64,000 nt of DNA from an uncultured Gemmatimonadaceae bacterium (GTDB lineage: Bacteria > Gemmatimonadota > Gemmatimonadetes > Gemmatimonadales > Gemmatimonadaceae), in NCBI GenBank assembly GCA_963829055.1, contig CAWHHI010000004.1, forward strand, positions 736,001-800,000, in the 5' to 3' direction. The position numbers were made by a program, and so were the translations under genes. Position 1 is the stretch's first letter. Each line of letters begins with the position of its first letter. Below the pieces are notes generated by a model. The model saw only the letters and a program-made list of their open reading frames with translations. It was not told where the DNA came from and did not search any database. This document shows, one piece after another, positions 10,172 to 20,374 of this stretch.

Positions 10172-11160
10172 GCGATCCTATGAGCGCCGACCTGTCCGCG
10201 CTCGGAATCGCTGTTGGCCACGCCACAGACTACGACGGTGCCACCGGGATCACCGTCGTGCGCGGCGTGGATCGCGCGTTCCGATGCGCTGCCGCGGTGA
10301 TCGGTCGGGCGACAGGTACTCGTGAGCTGCATGCCGCCTCGCCGTTCCACCTCGTCGATCGCGTCGACGCCGTCGTGCTCACCGGCGGCTCCGCGTACGG
10401 GCTCGATGCGACAGCCGGCGCGATGCGGTGGATGGAGGCGCGCGGCCGTGGCCATCCGGTCGGCGGGGGCGCCGGTGTGGTGCCCATCATCCCCGCGGCG
10501 GTGATCTTCGACCTGGTCCCGTTAGGCAGCTTCGCGGCGCGGCCGAGCGCGGCCATGGCGTACGAGGCGTGCGACGCCGCGACGTCCTCGGGGATCGCGG
10601 AAGGCAGCGTCGGCGCCGGAACGGGCGCGACGGTCGGAAAGGCTGGCGGGATCGCCGGCGCCATGAAAGGCGGCGTGGGCATCGGCATGGCGTCAGCAGG
10701 CGGCGTCACGGCTGCCGCCGTGGCGGTGGTCAACGCGCTCGGCGACGTCCGCGACGCGAGCGGCAGCATCATTGCTGGCGCGCGCGATGCGAACGGACGA
10801 TTTCTCGACGGCGCGCGGCTGGTCTCCGAAGGGGGCGTGCAGCGAAGGTTCGCGGACACAGCGCTGCAGAACACGACGATCGCCGTCGTCGCGACGAGCG
10901 CGTGTCTCGCGCGCGTCGAGCTTTCACAGCTCGCGCAAGCCAGCTCCGCCGCGCTCTACAGGCGTATCACGCCCACGGGCACGAGCTTCGACGGCGACGT
11001 GATCTTCGCCATTGGTCCACTCGAAGGTCCCACGGCGCCAGCGCCGCAGGTGGAAGGGTTGGCGGTTGCTGCACTGGAGCAGGCGGTGGAGCGCGCCGTT
11101 CGACTCGCGGTCGGCCGCGACGGGATTCCCGGGTTGGCGGACGGCATAGACGGGCGATGA
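10168..11160 (+). CDS. P1/S58 family peptidase (DmpA-like)
   Basis: GTRE, VLTGGSAYGL, EGSVGAGTGAT, VVNALGD, NTTI autoprocessing site, FDGDVIF. Confidence 0.88.
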   Translation: MSDPMSADLSALGIAVGHATDYDGATGITVVRGVDRAFRCAAAVIGRATGTRELHAASPFHLVDRVDAVVLTGGSAYGLDATAGAMRWMEARGRGHPVGGGAGVVPIIPAAVIFDLVPLGSFAARPSAAMAYEACDAATSSGIAEGSVGAGTGATVGKAGGIAGAMKGGVGIGMASAGGVTAAAVAVVNALGDVRDASGSIIAGARDANGRFLDGARLVSEGGVQRRFADTALQNTTIAVVATSACLARVELSQLAQASSAALYRRITPTGTSFDGDVIFAIGPLEGPTAPAPQVEGLAVAALEQAVERAVRLAVGRDGIPGLADGIDGR

Positions 11161-11919
11161 CTGACGTCGCCATCGTTCGGGCGGCGATCGCGCCGATGCA
11201 TGCAGAGGCTCGCGTGTCCAGCGCTCAGATCTCGCAGCGATTGGCCGGTCACGCGGTCACGGTGAAGTTCACCGAAGGCGACTGGATGCGCGTGTTCGGC
11301 GAAGACGGCTACGAGGGCTGGATGCATCGCGGCTACGTCCACTTCGCGACCGACACGCCGGTCTCGCCCGACGACCGCCGTCTCTCGCTCGGATGCGTCG
11401 TTCGTGATCGCGAGCGAGGCTGGTCGCGAGCGCTCCCGTTAGGCGCCTGGCTCAGCTCGAGCGAGACCGTCGTCACGGGCTACGCGCTCGAGCCGCGTGG
11501 GACGCACCGCTGCCTTGCCGCGCGACGCATCGTCGGTTGCCACGACCGCGGTCGAGCGCTTCGCTGGCACGCCATATCAGTGGGGCGGTGTCACGCCGTG
11601 GGGCGCCGACTGCTCGGGGATCGTGCAGACCGCGTTCTGGCTGCACGGTGTGATACTTCCGCGCGACGCGTGGCAGCAGGCGGAGGTGGGTCGCGCGGCG
11701 GGGAGTGACATGTCGCGCTGGGATGCTGGCGATCTGCTGTTCTTCAGCGAACGGGCAGACGGGCGCATCACGCACGTCGGGATCGCGCTCGGCGGCGGCC
11801 GCATGGTGCACCTGGCCCTCGGTCGCGGCGGCTATGCCGTGGAGCAACTCGACCTTCACGACGACGCCTACGTGACGTCGCTCATGTCGCGCTTCGTCAC
11901 GGCGCGCCGCGTGATCTGA
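11157..11919 (+). CDS. SH3b + NlpC/P60 (C40) cell-wall peptidase, YkfC-like; frameshift near 11495
   Basis: N-part (GDWMRVFGEDGYEGWMHRGY) in one frame. C40 motifs GTPYQWGG, DCSG, LPRDAWQQ, GDLLFF, HVGI in the 11497 frame. Confidence 0.85.
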
Positions 11920-11962
11920 CCATCGCCCTGGCCTCACGATCGACGTCGCGAGGCTGGCTCTG

Positions 11963-12394
11963 TCAGCTCACCATGCCGCTCGGCGGCAGGACCGGCGCGC
12001 CCATACGCACCTGTAGCCGCGCGCTCGCGTGCAGCTGGTCGTCGAGCGCGATCTGCATGGTGTAGCCGCCGACTTGATCGAGCGGCAGGTCGATGGCGGC
12101 GATGAGCGGCAGATCCATCTCGGTCGGGATCTGCTGAGGAGGCGCGGCGGCTCCGACGTCGAGCTCGCCGAGTGACGACCAGAGCTCGGTGCCGGATGGG
12201 TTGAGCCAGCGGAGCGACACGGTATGGCGGCCGATGTCGGAGCTGGAACCCTTGAGGCGCAGCACCAGCGTGGCGCGCGGGTGCACCGTGGGCATGGTCG
12301 CAACCTGAACGGCATCGAACACGCCCAGGATGTTGAGCTTTCCTTCTTGCGACAGATTTGCCGCGTCGGCGAACAGCGCAAATGAAACGTGCAT
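11963..12394 (-). CDS. Conserved hypothetical protein (DUF6941-like)
   Basis: N-terminal 'FALFADAANLSQEGKLNILGVFD' pattern; all-beta composition. Confidence 0.65.
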   Translation of the reverse strand: MHVSFALFADAANLSQEGKLNILGVFDAVQVATMPTVHPRATLVLRLKGSSSDIGRHTVSLRWLNPSGTELWSSLGELDVGAAAPPQQIPTEMDLPLIAAIDLPLDQVGGYTMQIALDDQLHASARLQVRMGAPVLPPSGMVS

Positions 12395-12424
12395 CGTGAC
12401 AAGCTAAGCTAGAATCGACGTTTC

Positions 12425-12447
12425 GGGACTGGGGACTTGGGGACTGG
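12425..12447 (+). repeat. GGGACT(G/T) heptamer-type tandem repeat
   Basis: gggactggggacttggggactgg in the divergent intergenic region. Confidence 0.8.
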
Positions 12448-12454
12448 CAACAGC

Positions 12455-12499
12455 GCTGGTGGCTGGGTGGTCGTGCTGGTTGCTGGGTGACGCTGAGTG
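12455..12499 (+). repeat. 45-nt dispersed repeat, copy 1
   Basis: gctggtggctgggtggtcgtgctggttgctgggtgacgctgagtg; matches 19189-19233 and the reverse complement of 57190-57233. Confidence 0.85.
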
Positions 12500-12589
12500 C
12501 AGGCCGATAGTGCCAGCGAGCCTGGATGGCAATCGAGTGCGACCGAGCGACGGCTGATGGCCCGGCCAATCGGCTGTTAGCTTTGGCGC

Positions 12590-13507
12590 ATGCCGGCGAC
12601 CGCCAATTCCGTTGCGACGCCCGGCCGCAGCTCCACGCGGCCGGGCGATTTTGTCACTGACTCGTTGCTCGTCGCGATGGCCGCCATCTGGGCCATCAAC
12701 TACACCGTCGCCAAGTACGGCACCCGGACCGTGCCACCCCTGGCGTACAACGCCGTCCGCATCGTCATGGCGACGGTCGCGCTGCTCGTCATCGGGCGAT
12801 TCCGGTCGCGCGAACAGCCCGTGCGCCGGGACATCATCGCGCTGCTCGTGATCGGCGTCCTCGGCAACGGGCTGTACCAGTTCTGCTTCATCGAAGGGCT
12901 CGCCCGCAGTCGCGCCGGCACCGTGGCGCTCATGCTCGCCGGATCACCCGCCTTCGTCGCCATTGTCGGGCGCCTGTTTCGCGTCGAACGTGTGAACGCT
13001 CGCGGATGGGCGGGCATCGCACTCCAGCTCGTCGGTATCGCGTTCGTGGTGTTCGGCTCGGTCATGCACACCAGCGGTGACGATACCTTGATCGGTAGCG
13101 CGTTCATCGTCGCCGGGTCACTCTGCTGGGCCTTCTTCGCGATTCTCATCAAGCCGTACACCGAGCGCCTCTCGGGCATCGACGTCGGCGCCTACAGCCT
13201 CGCCGGCGGCGCGCTGTTCGTGACGCTGGTTGGCATCCCGAGCATCGTGGCGACGGATTGGCGTGCGGTCACGACGCCCGTGTGGGGTGCCATCGTGTAC
13301 AGCGGCATCGGCGCGCTGGTCGTCGGAAACCTCATCTGGTACCACGGCGTGAGCCGTATCGGCCCGACCCGCGTCTCGATGTTCAGCAACCTCCAGCCAC
13401 TCGTCGCTCTCGCCGTCGCGTGGATCGTGCTGGGAGAGGTCCCAACGATCTGGCAGGGCCTCGGGGCCGGCAGCATCATGACGGGCCTCGTCATCACTCG
13501 AACCTGA
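12590..13507 (+). CDS. DMT/EamA family transporter
   Basis: About 10 hydrophobic helices in two EamA repeats (AIWAINY..., NLQPLVALAVAWIVLGE). Confidence 0.9.
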   Translation: MPATANSVATPGRSSTRPGDFVTDSLLVAMAAIWAINYTVAKYGTRTVPPLAYNAVRIVMATVALLVIGRFRSREQPVRRDIIALLVIGVLGNGLYQFCFIEGLARSRAGTVALMLAGSPAFVAIVGRLFRVERVNARGWAGIALQLVGIAFVVFGSVMHTSGDDTLIGSAFIVAGSLCWAFFAILIKPYTERLSGIDVGAYSLAGGALFVTLVGIPSIVATDWRAVTTPVWGAIVYSGIGALVVGNLIWYHGVSRIGPTRVSMFSNLQPLVALAVAWIVLGEVPTIWQGLGAGSIMTGLVITRT

Positions 13508-13517
13508 ATTCGTCGTC

Positions 13518-14210
13518 GTGAAGCTCGTTCTGTTCGACATCGATGGAACCATTCTCTGGAGCGACGGCGCTGGCCGACGCGCGATGCAGCGCGCCCTCAC
13601 GACAGCCTTCGGCTCGTCCGGGTCCCCGGAGTATCGCTACGACGGAAAAACGGACCGGCAGATCGTGCGCGACCTCATGCGCGCTGAGGGACACGCCGAT
13701 GATCTGATCGACGGGCGCATGCAGACACTGCTCGACGACTATGTCACCGGGCTCCACGAGGAGCTGCGCACGGGTACGTCGATCGTGAAGCGGTTCGACG
13801 GGGTGCTCGAGCTGCTCGATGCGCTCGAGGCCCGCGACGACCGCCGCATCGGATTGCTGACCGGCAACATTGAGGTCGGTGCGAACGCCAAGCTGCGAGC
13901 GGTCGGCATCGACCCGACACGCTTCACCGTGTCGGCGTTCGGGTCGGACCACGAGATCCGGGGCGAATTGCCTGGCATCGCCCAGCGTCGGGCTCGCGAG
14001 CAGCTCGGGCTTCACGTCGAAGGCGACGCCATCGTGATCATCGGCGACACTCCGGCCGACATTGACTGCACCCGAGGCATCGGCGCGCGCGCCATTGCGG
14101 TCGCGACGGGTCGCTATTCCGTGGACGATCTGGCCGAGCACAGTCCGGTCGCGGTGTTCGCGGATCTGCGCGACACCGATGCCGTCATGCGCGCCATCGA
14201 TGCCGCGTGA
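13518..14210 (+). CDS. HAD family hydrolase (phosphoglycolate phosphatase-like)
   Basis: Motif I LFDIDGT, LLTGN, IIGDTPAD. Confidence 0.9.
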   Translation: MKLVLFDIDGTILWSDGAGRRAMQRALTTAFGSSGSPEYRYDGKTDRQIVRDLMRAEGHADDLIDGRMQTLLDDYVTGLHEELRTGTSIVKRFDGVLELLDALEARDDRRIGLLTGNIEVGANAKLRAVGIDPTRFTVSAFGSDHEIRGELPGIAQRRAREQLGLHVEGDAIVIIGDTPADIDCTRGIGARAIAVATGRYSVDDLAEHSPVAVFADLRDTDAVMRAIDAA

Positions 14211-14808
14211 GATGATGGTTCGCGAGGTCGAGCTCAAGAGCGTCGTCGACGACGTGGCGACGCGCCGTCGCCGCATCGAAGCGGCCGGTGCGCAGATGAC
14301 GTTCGACGGACGCCTCGAGGATCGCCGCTACGACACCGCGGACCGCCGCCTGAGCGCCGCCGACGAGGTGCTGCGTTTGCGCGCCTACAGCGACGGTCAC
14401 GGCGTGCGGGCCGCGCTCGAGTGGAAGGGACCCACCCGCCAGGAGGATGGGTACAAGGTTCGTGATGAGCTCAGCACAAACGCCAGCGACTCCACGACGC
14501 TCGCGGCCATCCTCGAGCGGCTCGGCTACTCCGTCATCGGGGAGATCGACCGCCACGTGATCCAGTACGCGCTGGATCACGCCGTGGTCCGCTTCGAGCA
14601 GTATCCGCGAATGGACGCGCTCGTGGAAGTCGAAGGGCCGCCGCCCGCGATCGAACACGCCATCTCGGCGTTAGGCATGCGGCGCGACGCGTTCACCGCG
14701 GAGCGTTTGCTGGCGTTCGTCGATCGCTACGAGGCCCGAACCGGGCTGCGCGCCGCCTTGAGCGATCGCCAGCTCGCGAGCGACAACAGAGCACCGACCG
14801 ATGTCTGA
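14200..14808 (+). CDS. CYTH domain protein (class IV adenylate cyclase-like)
   Basis: N-terminal EVELK (ExExK), LRLR, WKGP, VEVEG. Start 14200 or 14212. Confidence 0.82.
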   Translation: MPREMMVREVELKSVVDDVATRRRRIEAAGAQMTFDGRLEDRRYDTADRRLSAADEVLRLRAYSDGHGVRAALEWKGPTRQEDGYKVRDELSTNASDSTTLAAILERLGYSVIGEIDRHVIQYALDHAVVRFEQYPRMDALVEVEGPPPAIEHAISALGMRRDAFTAERLLAFVDRYEARTGLRAALSDRQLASDNRAPTDV

Positions 14809-15548
14809 TATCCCCCGCATTCCCGTTCGCGTCCGCGGCACCATCCGTGGACTCGCCGTCGATGCCGATGGCGCCGTTCGCCTGGCCGACGAGGTGGTAT
14901 TGATCCACGTCGATGATCGCGAGCATTCGACGCGAGTGGAACGCGTGGACGGCGTCGTGTGGGACATGCCGGTACTGACGCTGCACGTGGCCCGCGAGAC
15001 CGTCGAGCTCAGCGGACACGCGGCACTGCAGTCGCTCGGCACGACAGATCATCACATCCGCGCTCGCACTTCCCGAGCTCACACGGACGATGCACGGCCT
15101 CGGATCTCGTCGCGGACAACCCGGTGCCGATCACGATCGGTTCTTCGCGGGATTGCTCGCCGCCCGGCGCGCCGCGGAAGGCTTTGTCGAACCCGAATCG
15201 CGTCTTGCCGCCTTCGACGCAAGCCGTCTGTCTCAGATGCTCACCACGCTACTCGGCGAGCTCGCCGCGGAGCGCTTTCCGTCGAGCGCTCCCGACCGTC
15301 GCGCGCTCGAGGCAGAGCTGCTCGATCACGGTGAGCGCGTGTACATGGCGCTGGACGCGTTAGGCGAAGCGGCGCAGCAGGTGCGCGAGAGCGCGAACGC
15401 GGTACGCCTCGCGAGCTGGCGCGAATGGACACGTGCGGCCCAACGCGTATTCGAGGCTGCCGACCGCAGTTGGATCGCAATGCTCCCCGCGCTGGCTGCC
15501 GCGCCCGCACCGGTCGAGCGGCGGCGGTTCTGGCGTCGGCCAGCGTGA
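14801..15548 (+). CDS. Hypothetical protein; probable frameshift near 15045
   Basis: ORF 14801 and ORF 15090..15548 join into one coding-like sequence filling the gap between the CYTH gene and acpS. Confidence 0.6.
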
Positions 15549-15955
15549 TCGCCGGCATCGGCATCGACCTGGTCGACATTGCCCGGGTAGACCGGCTCCT
15601 CGACGCAAAGGGTGAACGTGCTCTCCGGCGCCTGTTCACCGCCGATGAGGTCTCCTATGCTCTGGCGCGGGCGCTTCCCGCACAGCACCTGGCTGCTCGA
15701 CTCGCCGCAAAGGAAGCCGCATTCAAGGCGCTCTCGGGAAACGCGCTGGCGCGGGGAATAGGCTGGAGGGAGATCGAGGTCATCCGAGGGGAGATCCGTC
15801 CGACACTCGCCCTGCATGGTCGCGCGGCGGAACGGGCGACCGAGCTCGGGGTGACGTCGATCTGGCTGTCGCTGACGCACAGCGCGACGACTGCCGGGGC
15901 AGTAGTGGTCCTGGAGGGTGATCCCTCGGCCAATGCCGTGACTCGTGCCGACTAG
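15545..15955 (+). CDS. acpS: Holo-[acyl-carrier-protein] synthase
   Basis: GIGIDLV, HLAARLAAKEAAFKAL, LSLTHS. GTG start overlaps the upstream stop. Confidence 0.93.
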   Translation: MIAGIGIDLVDIARVDRLLDAKGERALRRLFTADEVSYALARALPAQHLAARLAAKEAAFKALSGNALARGIGWREIEVIRGEIRPTLALHGRAAERATELGVTSIWLSLTHSATTAGAVVVLEGDPSANAVTRAD

Positions 15956-15989
15956 CGCGGTTTTTGTATAGCCGATAATTTCACTCGGG

Positions 15990-18191
15990 ATGAAATCGCA
16001 AGCCATCTTCGCTGCGGCCTTCGCCGCGCTGATCGCCCTTGGTCCGACCCCGACGCTGGGAGCCCAGGAAGGGCCCGCGAAGCGGCTGTCGAGCATCGTC
16101 GGCGTGGCAGTGGAGGAATACGCGAAGGCGATCGATGCGAGGGGCAATCTCATCTCGGACATCGAGTACGACGAGGCGGTCTCCTTCCTCAAGGACGCGA
16201 AGGAAGTCGCTGCCCGTCTCAGCGGAGCTCGTGCTGCTTCGGCTCAGGCCGTGCTCGACTCACTCACCGCCGCCGTCACGGCGAAGCGCCCCCCGCAGGA
16301 CCTCGCTGGCTTGCACGAACGCTTTGCGGCGGCGCTCGGCACGGAAGGCGCCCTCGACATGCCGACGAAGGCGGTCAACCTCGCCGAAGGCAAGGCGATC
16401 TACGAACGCGCATGCGCGTCGTGTCACGGTTCCCTCGGTCGTGGCGATGGGCCAGCGGCCCGCGGAATGAGTCCTCCGCCGCCGGCGATCGGTACGCGCG
16501 AGGCCATGCACGACGTGTCTCCAGCGCTCATGTACCGGATCGTGTCGGTCGGTGTCGCTGGAACGCCCATGATCGGTTGGGCTGATCGACTCAGCGCCGA
16601 CGAGCGATGGAATACCGTCGCCTACATCAATTCGATGCGTGCCTCGCCTCAGCAGGTGGCCGAGGGTGAGGGGCTCTATACGCAGCGCTGCATCCAGTGC
16701 CATGGCGCGACTGGCTCGGACGACGGCACCGCGGTCGCGAGCCTATCGAAGCTGCCGCCCGAACTCGGCGGATTCGCCTGGCAGGCCGAGCGCAGCGACG
16801 CCGACATCGCGCGCGCGATTCGCGCGGGCGCCCCGGGCACGGCCATGCCCCCGTCGCGCGATCTGACCGACTCCGAGCTGACGACGATGGTCGCGTTCGT
16901 TCGAACGCTTACGAGCAAGCAGCCATCAGCTCAGGCTACCGCGGCGGGGACGCGAAACAAGGATGGAGTGGCAGCATCGCGTGAGGTCATGACGCTGCTG
17001 GACGAAGCGCTCGCGGCGGCGCGCGCAGGCAGGACGGCAGACGCCGGCGATCGCGCCTTCGATGCCTATATCGCATTCGAGCCGCTCGAGACGCCAGCCC
17101 GCGCCAAGAGTCCCGGTCTCGTCGCGAACATGGAGCGACAGTTCGCGGACTTCAAAGGCGCGGTCAAGTCGAGCGACGTTCGTCGCGCGGAACAGGCGCG
17201 GGATGCGATCACCGCTGGTCTGCCGACGATTCTCGATCTCGCCCGACCGACCACGGGCCCGTGGAGCGCGTTCCTGCAGTCGTTCCTGATCATTCTGCGC
17301 GAGGGGTTCGAGGCGATTCTCGTTGTCGGCGCAGTCGTCGCGTTCCTCCTCAAGACCGGACATCGCGAGCGCCTGCGTTCGATCTGGGCCGGCGTCGCGG
17401 CGGCGCTCGTGGCCAGCGCTGCAACGGCGGTCGTTCTCGCGACGGTGCTCAGCGCGATGCCGGCGTCGCGTGAGGTGATCGAGGGCGCGACGATGCTGAT
17501 CGCCGTCGCGGTGCTGTTCTCGGTGAGCTACTGGCTCATCTCGAAGGTGGAAGCGGCGAAGTGGCAGCAGTTCATCCGCGGCAAGGTGAACGCTGCGCTC
17601 GAACGCGGTGGCGGTACCGCGCTCGCATTCGTCGCGTTCCTCGCGGTCTACCGCGAGGGTGCCGAGACGGCGCTGTTCTACCAGGCGCTGTTCAACGAAG
17701 GGCTTGGCAACGGCCTCCCGATCGCGCTCGGAATTCTGGTCGGTTTCGGCGCGCTCGCCATCGTGTTCACGCTGTTCTACCGGTTCGGCGTGCGCATTCC
17801 GCTGCGCCCGTTCTTCGCCACCACGAGCGTGCTGCTGTACTACATGGCGTTCGTGTTCATGGGGAAGGGCATTCGCGAGCTGCAGGAGGGGAATCTCATG
17901 ACCATCACGGTCCTCCCGGGATTCCCGCATGTCGAAGCGCTCGGACTGTTCCCGAGCGTGGAAACATTGCTGGGCCAGGCGCTGCTGATCGCGCTGTTCA
18001 TCTTCGCGCTGGCCAAGACGTTCTGGCCTCGCAGAGCCGTGACGCTGCCGACGATCGAGCCCGCACCCGCTGGCGTTCAGCTCGACGAGCGGGTGGAGCA
18101 TCTGATCCAGCGCGTCAAGGAGCTCGAGGCAAGGCTCGCGCGCATGGAAGAAGAGCCGGAGCTGCAGGCGACCACCACCACGAAGCGGTAG
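15990..18191 (+). CDS. Cytochrome c / FTR1 iron permease fusion (PbrT-like)
   Basis: Signal peptide, two CxxCH motifs (CASCH, CIQCH), FTR1 domain with REGFE and REGAE. Confidence 0.9.
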   Translation: MKSQAIFAAAFAALIALGPTPTLGAQEGPAKRLSSIVGVAVEEYAKAIDARGNLISDIEYDEAVSFLKDAKEVAARLSGARAASAQAVLDSLTAAVTAKRPPQDLAGLHERFAAALGTEGALDMPTKAVNLAEGKAIYERACASCHGSLGRGDGPAARGMSPPPPAIGTREAMHDVSPALMYRIVSVGVAGTPMIGWADRLSADERWNTVAYINSMRASPQQVAEGEGLYTQRCIQCHGATGSDDGTAVASLSKLPPELGGFAWQAERSDADIARAIRAGAPGTAMPPSRDLTDSELTTMVAFVRTLTSKQPSAQATAAGTRNKDGVAASREVMTLLDEALAAARAGRTADAGDRAFDAYIAFEPLETPARAKSPGLVANMERQFADFKGAVKSSDVRRAEQARDAITAGLPTILDLARPTTGPWSAFLQSFLIILREGFEAILVVGAVVAFLLKTGHRERLRSIWAGVAAALVASAATAVVLATVLSAMPASREVIEGATMLIAVAVLFSVSYWLISKVEAAKWQQFIRGKVNAALERGGGTALAFVAFLAVYREGAETALFYQALFNEGLGNGLPIALGILVGFGALAIVFTLFYRFGVRIPLRPFFATTSVLLYYMAFVFMGKGIRELQEGNLMTITVLPGFPHVEALGLFPSVETLLGQALLIALFIFALAKTFWPRRAVTLPTIEPAPAGVQLDERVEHLIQRVKELEARLARMEEEPELQATTTTKR

Positions 18192-18226
18192 TCAGCTCCG
18201 GATCTACTGCTAGTGGAGCACGTTCG

Positions 18227-18284
18227 AGATGTTGAGAGCAGGCGATTCTGGCTATAGGGCCTGCCTCGCCTGCTCTCAACATCT
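18227..18284. terminator. Perfect 19-bp stem hairpin between convergent genes (bidirectional terminator or REP-like element)
   Basis: agatgttgagagcaggcga (18227-18245) pairs with tcgcctgctctcaacatct (18266-18284). No clear U-tract. Confidence 0.55.
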
Positions 18285-18300
18285 GAAGCAGCAGCTCGTG

Positions 18301-19152
18301 CTAGCGAGCTACAGCGGCCTTCGCGTAAATGCCTGGTTTGCCCGGACCAACGTCCTTTCGCATCTGCATCCACACGATGCCTAACGCCGCCAGTGCCAGG
18401 CCAATGGCCTGGGCCGCCGTGAGCGGGCCGAAGAAGCGGTCGTCCTTCGCGCGCAGGAACTCGATCAGGAATCGCTCGATCCCCGCCAGGACCAGATAGA
18501 GACCGAACAGCCATCCCTCGGCGTGCTTGTGATCGCGATAGCGCCACAGAATCGCGAACATGATGAAGCCGAGTATGGTTTCGAACAGCTGCGTCGGATA
18601 GACGGACAGCAGCGTGTCAGGACTCGAGCCTGGCGGCGGCTGGACGCCGAACAGCGCCTGCATGTTCCGCACGGTCGATGGCGGCGCGCCCTCGGGGAAT
18701 GCGACAGCGAGCGGGTTGTTCCACGGGCGCCCGTAGTCATCGCCGACGGCCCAACAGCCAGTGCGCCCGACGCTGTAGCCCGCGGCGATGCAGATCCCCG
18801 CCACGTCGCTGATGCGGATGAAGTTCAGCTTCTTGTACTTGATGGTGAGATAGCAGGCGGCGACCGATCCCATGAACCCGCCCCAGAACACGAAGCCGGC
18901 GCGACTGAAGAAGTCGCGGATGTCGTGGGTGATCACGAGCGTGTAATACAGCTTGCCACCGATGAGCGTCCCGAGCACCGCCGCGAGAATCAGGTCGGGA
19001 ATGGGAGACGGATCGTGTCCGCGGCGCGCGAGCTCGCGTTGCGCGATGATCTGCGAGATCGCGAACGAGAGCAACACCGCTATCCCGAAGCCGGTCAGAG
19101 ACAGCGGGCCAATGTTGAAGTTGAACGGGTGGACTATCGTGGCGTCAGGCAT
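18301..19152 (-). CDS. lgt: Prolipoprotein diacylglyceryl transferase
   Basis: IGGKLYY, GFVFWGG, GRTGC...DDYG, YPTQLFE, RFLIEFLR. Confidence 0.9.
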   Translation of the reverse strand: MPDATIVHPFNFNIGPLSLTGFGIAVLLSFAISQIIAQRELARRGHDPSPIPDLILAAVLGTLIGGKLYYTLVITHDIRDFFSRAGFVFWGGFMGSVAACYLTIKYKKLNFIRISDVAGICIAAGYSVGRTGCWAVGDDYGRPWNNPLAVAFPEGAPPSTVRNMQALFGVQPPPGSSPDTLLSVYPTQLFETILGFIMFAILWRYRDHKHAEGWLFGLYLVLAGIERFLIEFLRAKDDRFFGPLTAAQAIGLALAALGIVWMQMRKDVGPGKPGIYAKAAVAR

Positions 19153-19158
19153 CTAGAC

Positions 19159-19268
19159 GGGAATAGGGAACTGGGAACGGGAACCGCAGCTGGTTGCTGG
19201 GTGGACGTGCTTGTTGCTGGGTGACGCTGGGTGCTCAGCTGATGGCTGATGGCCGATGGCTGATAGCT
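19159..19268 (+). repeat. Composite repeat: GGGAAY heptamer array, 45-nt repeat copy 2 (19189-19233), GCTGATG heptamer array
   Basis: gggaatagggaactgggaacggg, then the 45-mer, then gctgatggctgatggccgatggctgatag. Confidence 0.8.
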
Positions 19269-20325
19269 AACCCACAACCTGTACGGTCCCAGGAATCGGC
19301 ATGGATGCGTACGCGTTCAGCGACAGGGAATCTCGTACACCACGCTCGAAGTGGAAGAGCCCGGCGCGAGCGATCATCGCCGCGTTATCTGTCGCGAGAC
19401 GTGGCGTCGGTGCGAACACGCTGACACCGAGCGGGCCCAGTCGGTCGCGCATCGTGTTGGCCAACGCTCGATTGCACGCGACGCCGCCGCCGAGGACGAT
19501 GCGTTGGCGGCCGAACGACCGTGCCGCGCGCCAGCTCTTTTCGACGAGCGTATCGATCATCGCGTCCTGAAACGCGCGGGCAATCGCACGCCTGTCCCGT
19601 TCGATGTCGGTGCTGGCCCGCACCGCGTTCAGCACGGCCGTCTTGAGGCCACTGAACGAGACATCGAAGTAATCGGGATCGCCCAACTGCTGGTCGCCGC
19701 GCACCATGGGCCGCGTGAAGCGAAACGGGCGCGCTTCCTCCGGGTTCGATTCGCCCGCGAGGCGCTCGATGGGTCGGCCGCCGGGGTACGGCAGCCCGAG
19801 CATCTTCGCGACCTTGTCGAACGCCTCGCCCGCGGCGTCGTCGCGGGTGGCGCCGAGGATGCGGTACGAGCCCCAGTGCTCGACGTCGATGAGCAGCGTG
19901 TGGCCCCCGGACACGAGCAGGGCGGTGAACGGCGGAACGGCGTCGGCGTGCTCGAGCGACGTCGCGAACAGGTGGCCTTCCATGTGATGCACGCCGACCA
20001 GTGCCGCTCCCGTGCCGTACGCGACCGCCTTCCCGAACGAGACGCCCACGAGCAGCGCGCCGACGAGCCCCGGCCCGAACGTGACGGCGACGGCATCGAT
20101 GTCGCCTAACGTGATGGACGCGTCCGCCAGCGCCCGCTCGGCGACCGGGGCGATGCTCGCGAGGTGCGCGCGCGACGCCAGCTCCGGGACGACGCCGCCG
20201 AACACGCGGTGAACGTCCTGCGACAGGATCACGAGCGAGTCGAGGTGCGTGGCGTCGCCGCTGCCCGACAGGATCGCGGCCGACGTCTCATCGCACGACG
20301 TCTCGATGCCGAGGATTACCGGCAC
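19267..20325 (-). CDS. tsaD: tRNA N6-threonylcarbamoyladenosine transferase
   Basis: LGIETSCDETS, GGVVPELASRAH, HHMEGH, LVSGGHT, DDAAGEAFDK, TDNAAMI. Confidence 0.97.
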   Translation of the reverse strand: MPVILGIETSCDETSAAILSGSGDATHLDSLVILSQDVHRVFGGVVPELASRAHLASIAPVAERALADASITLGDIDAVAVTFGPGLVGALLVGVSFGKAVAYGTGAALVGVHHMEGHLFATSLEHADAVPPFTALLVSGGHTLLIDVEHWGSYRILGATRDDAAGEAFDKVAKMLGLPYPGGRPIERLAGESNPEEARPFRFTRPMVRGDQQLGDPDYFDVSFSGLKTAVLNAVRASTDIERDRRAIARAFQDAMIDTLVEKSWRAARSFGRQRIVLGGGVACNRALANTMRDRLGPLGVSVFAPTPRLATDNAAMIARAGLFHFERGVRDSLSLNAYASMPIPGTVQVVG

Positions 20326-20374
20326 GCGGTGGCTCCGGTGCCGGATGAGGCGATGTCGCGCGACGCGCCGCCGA

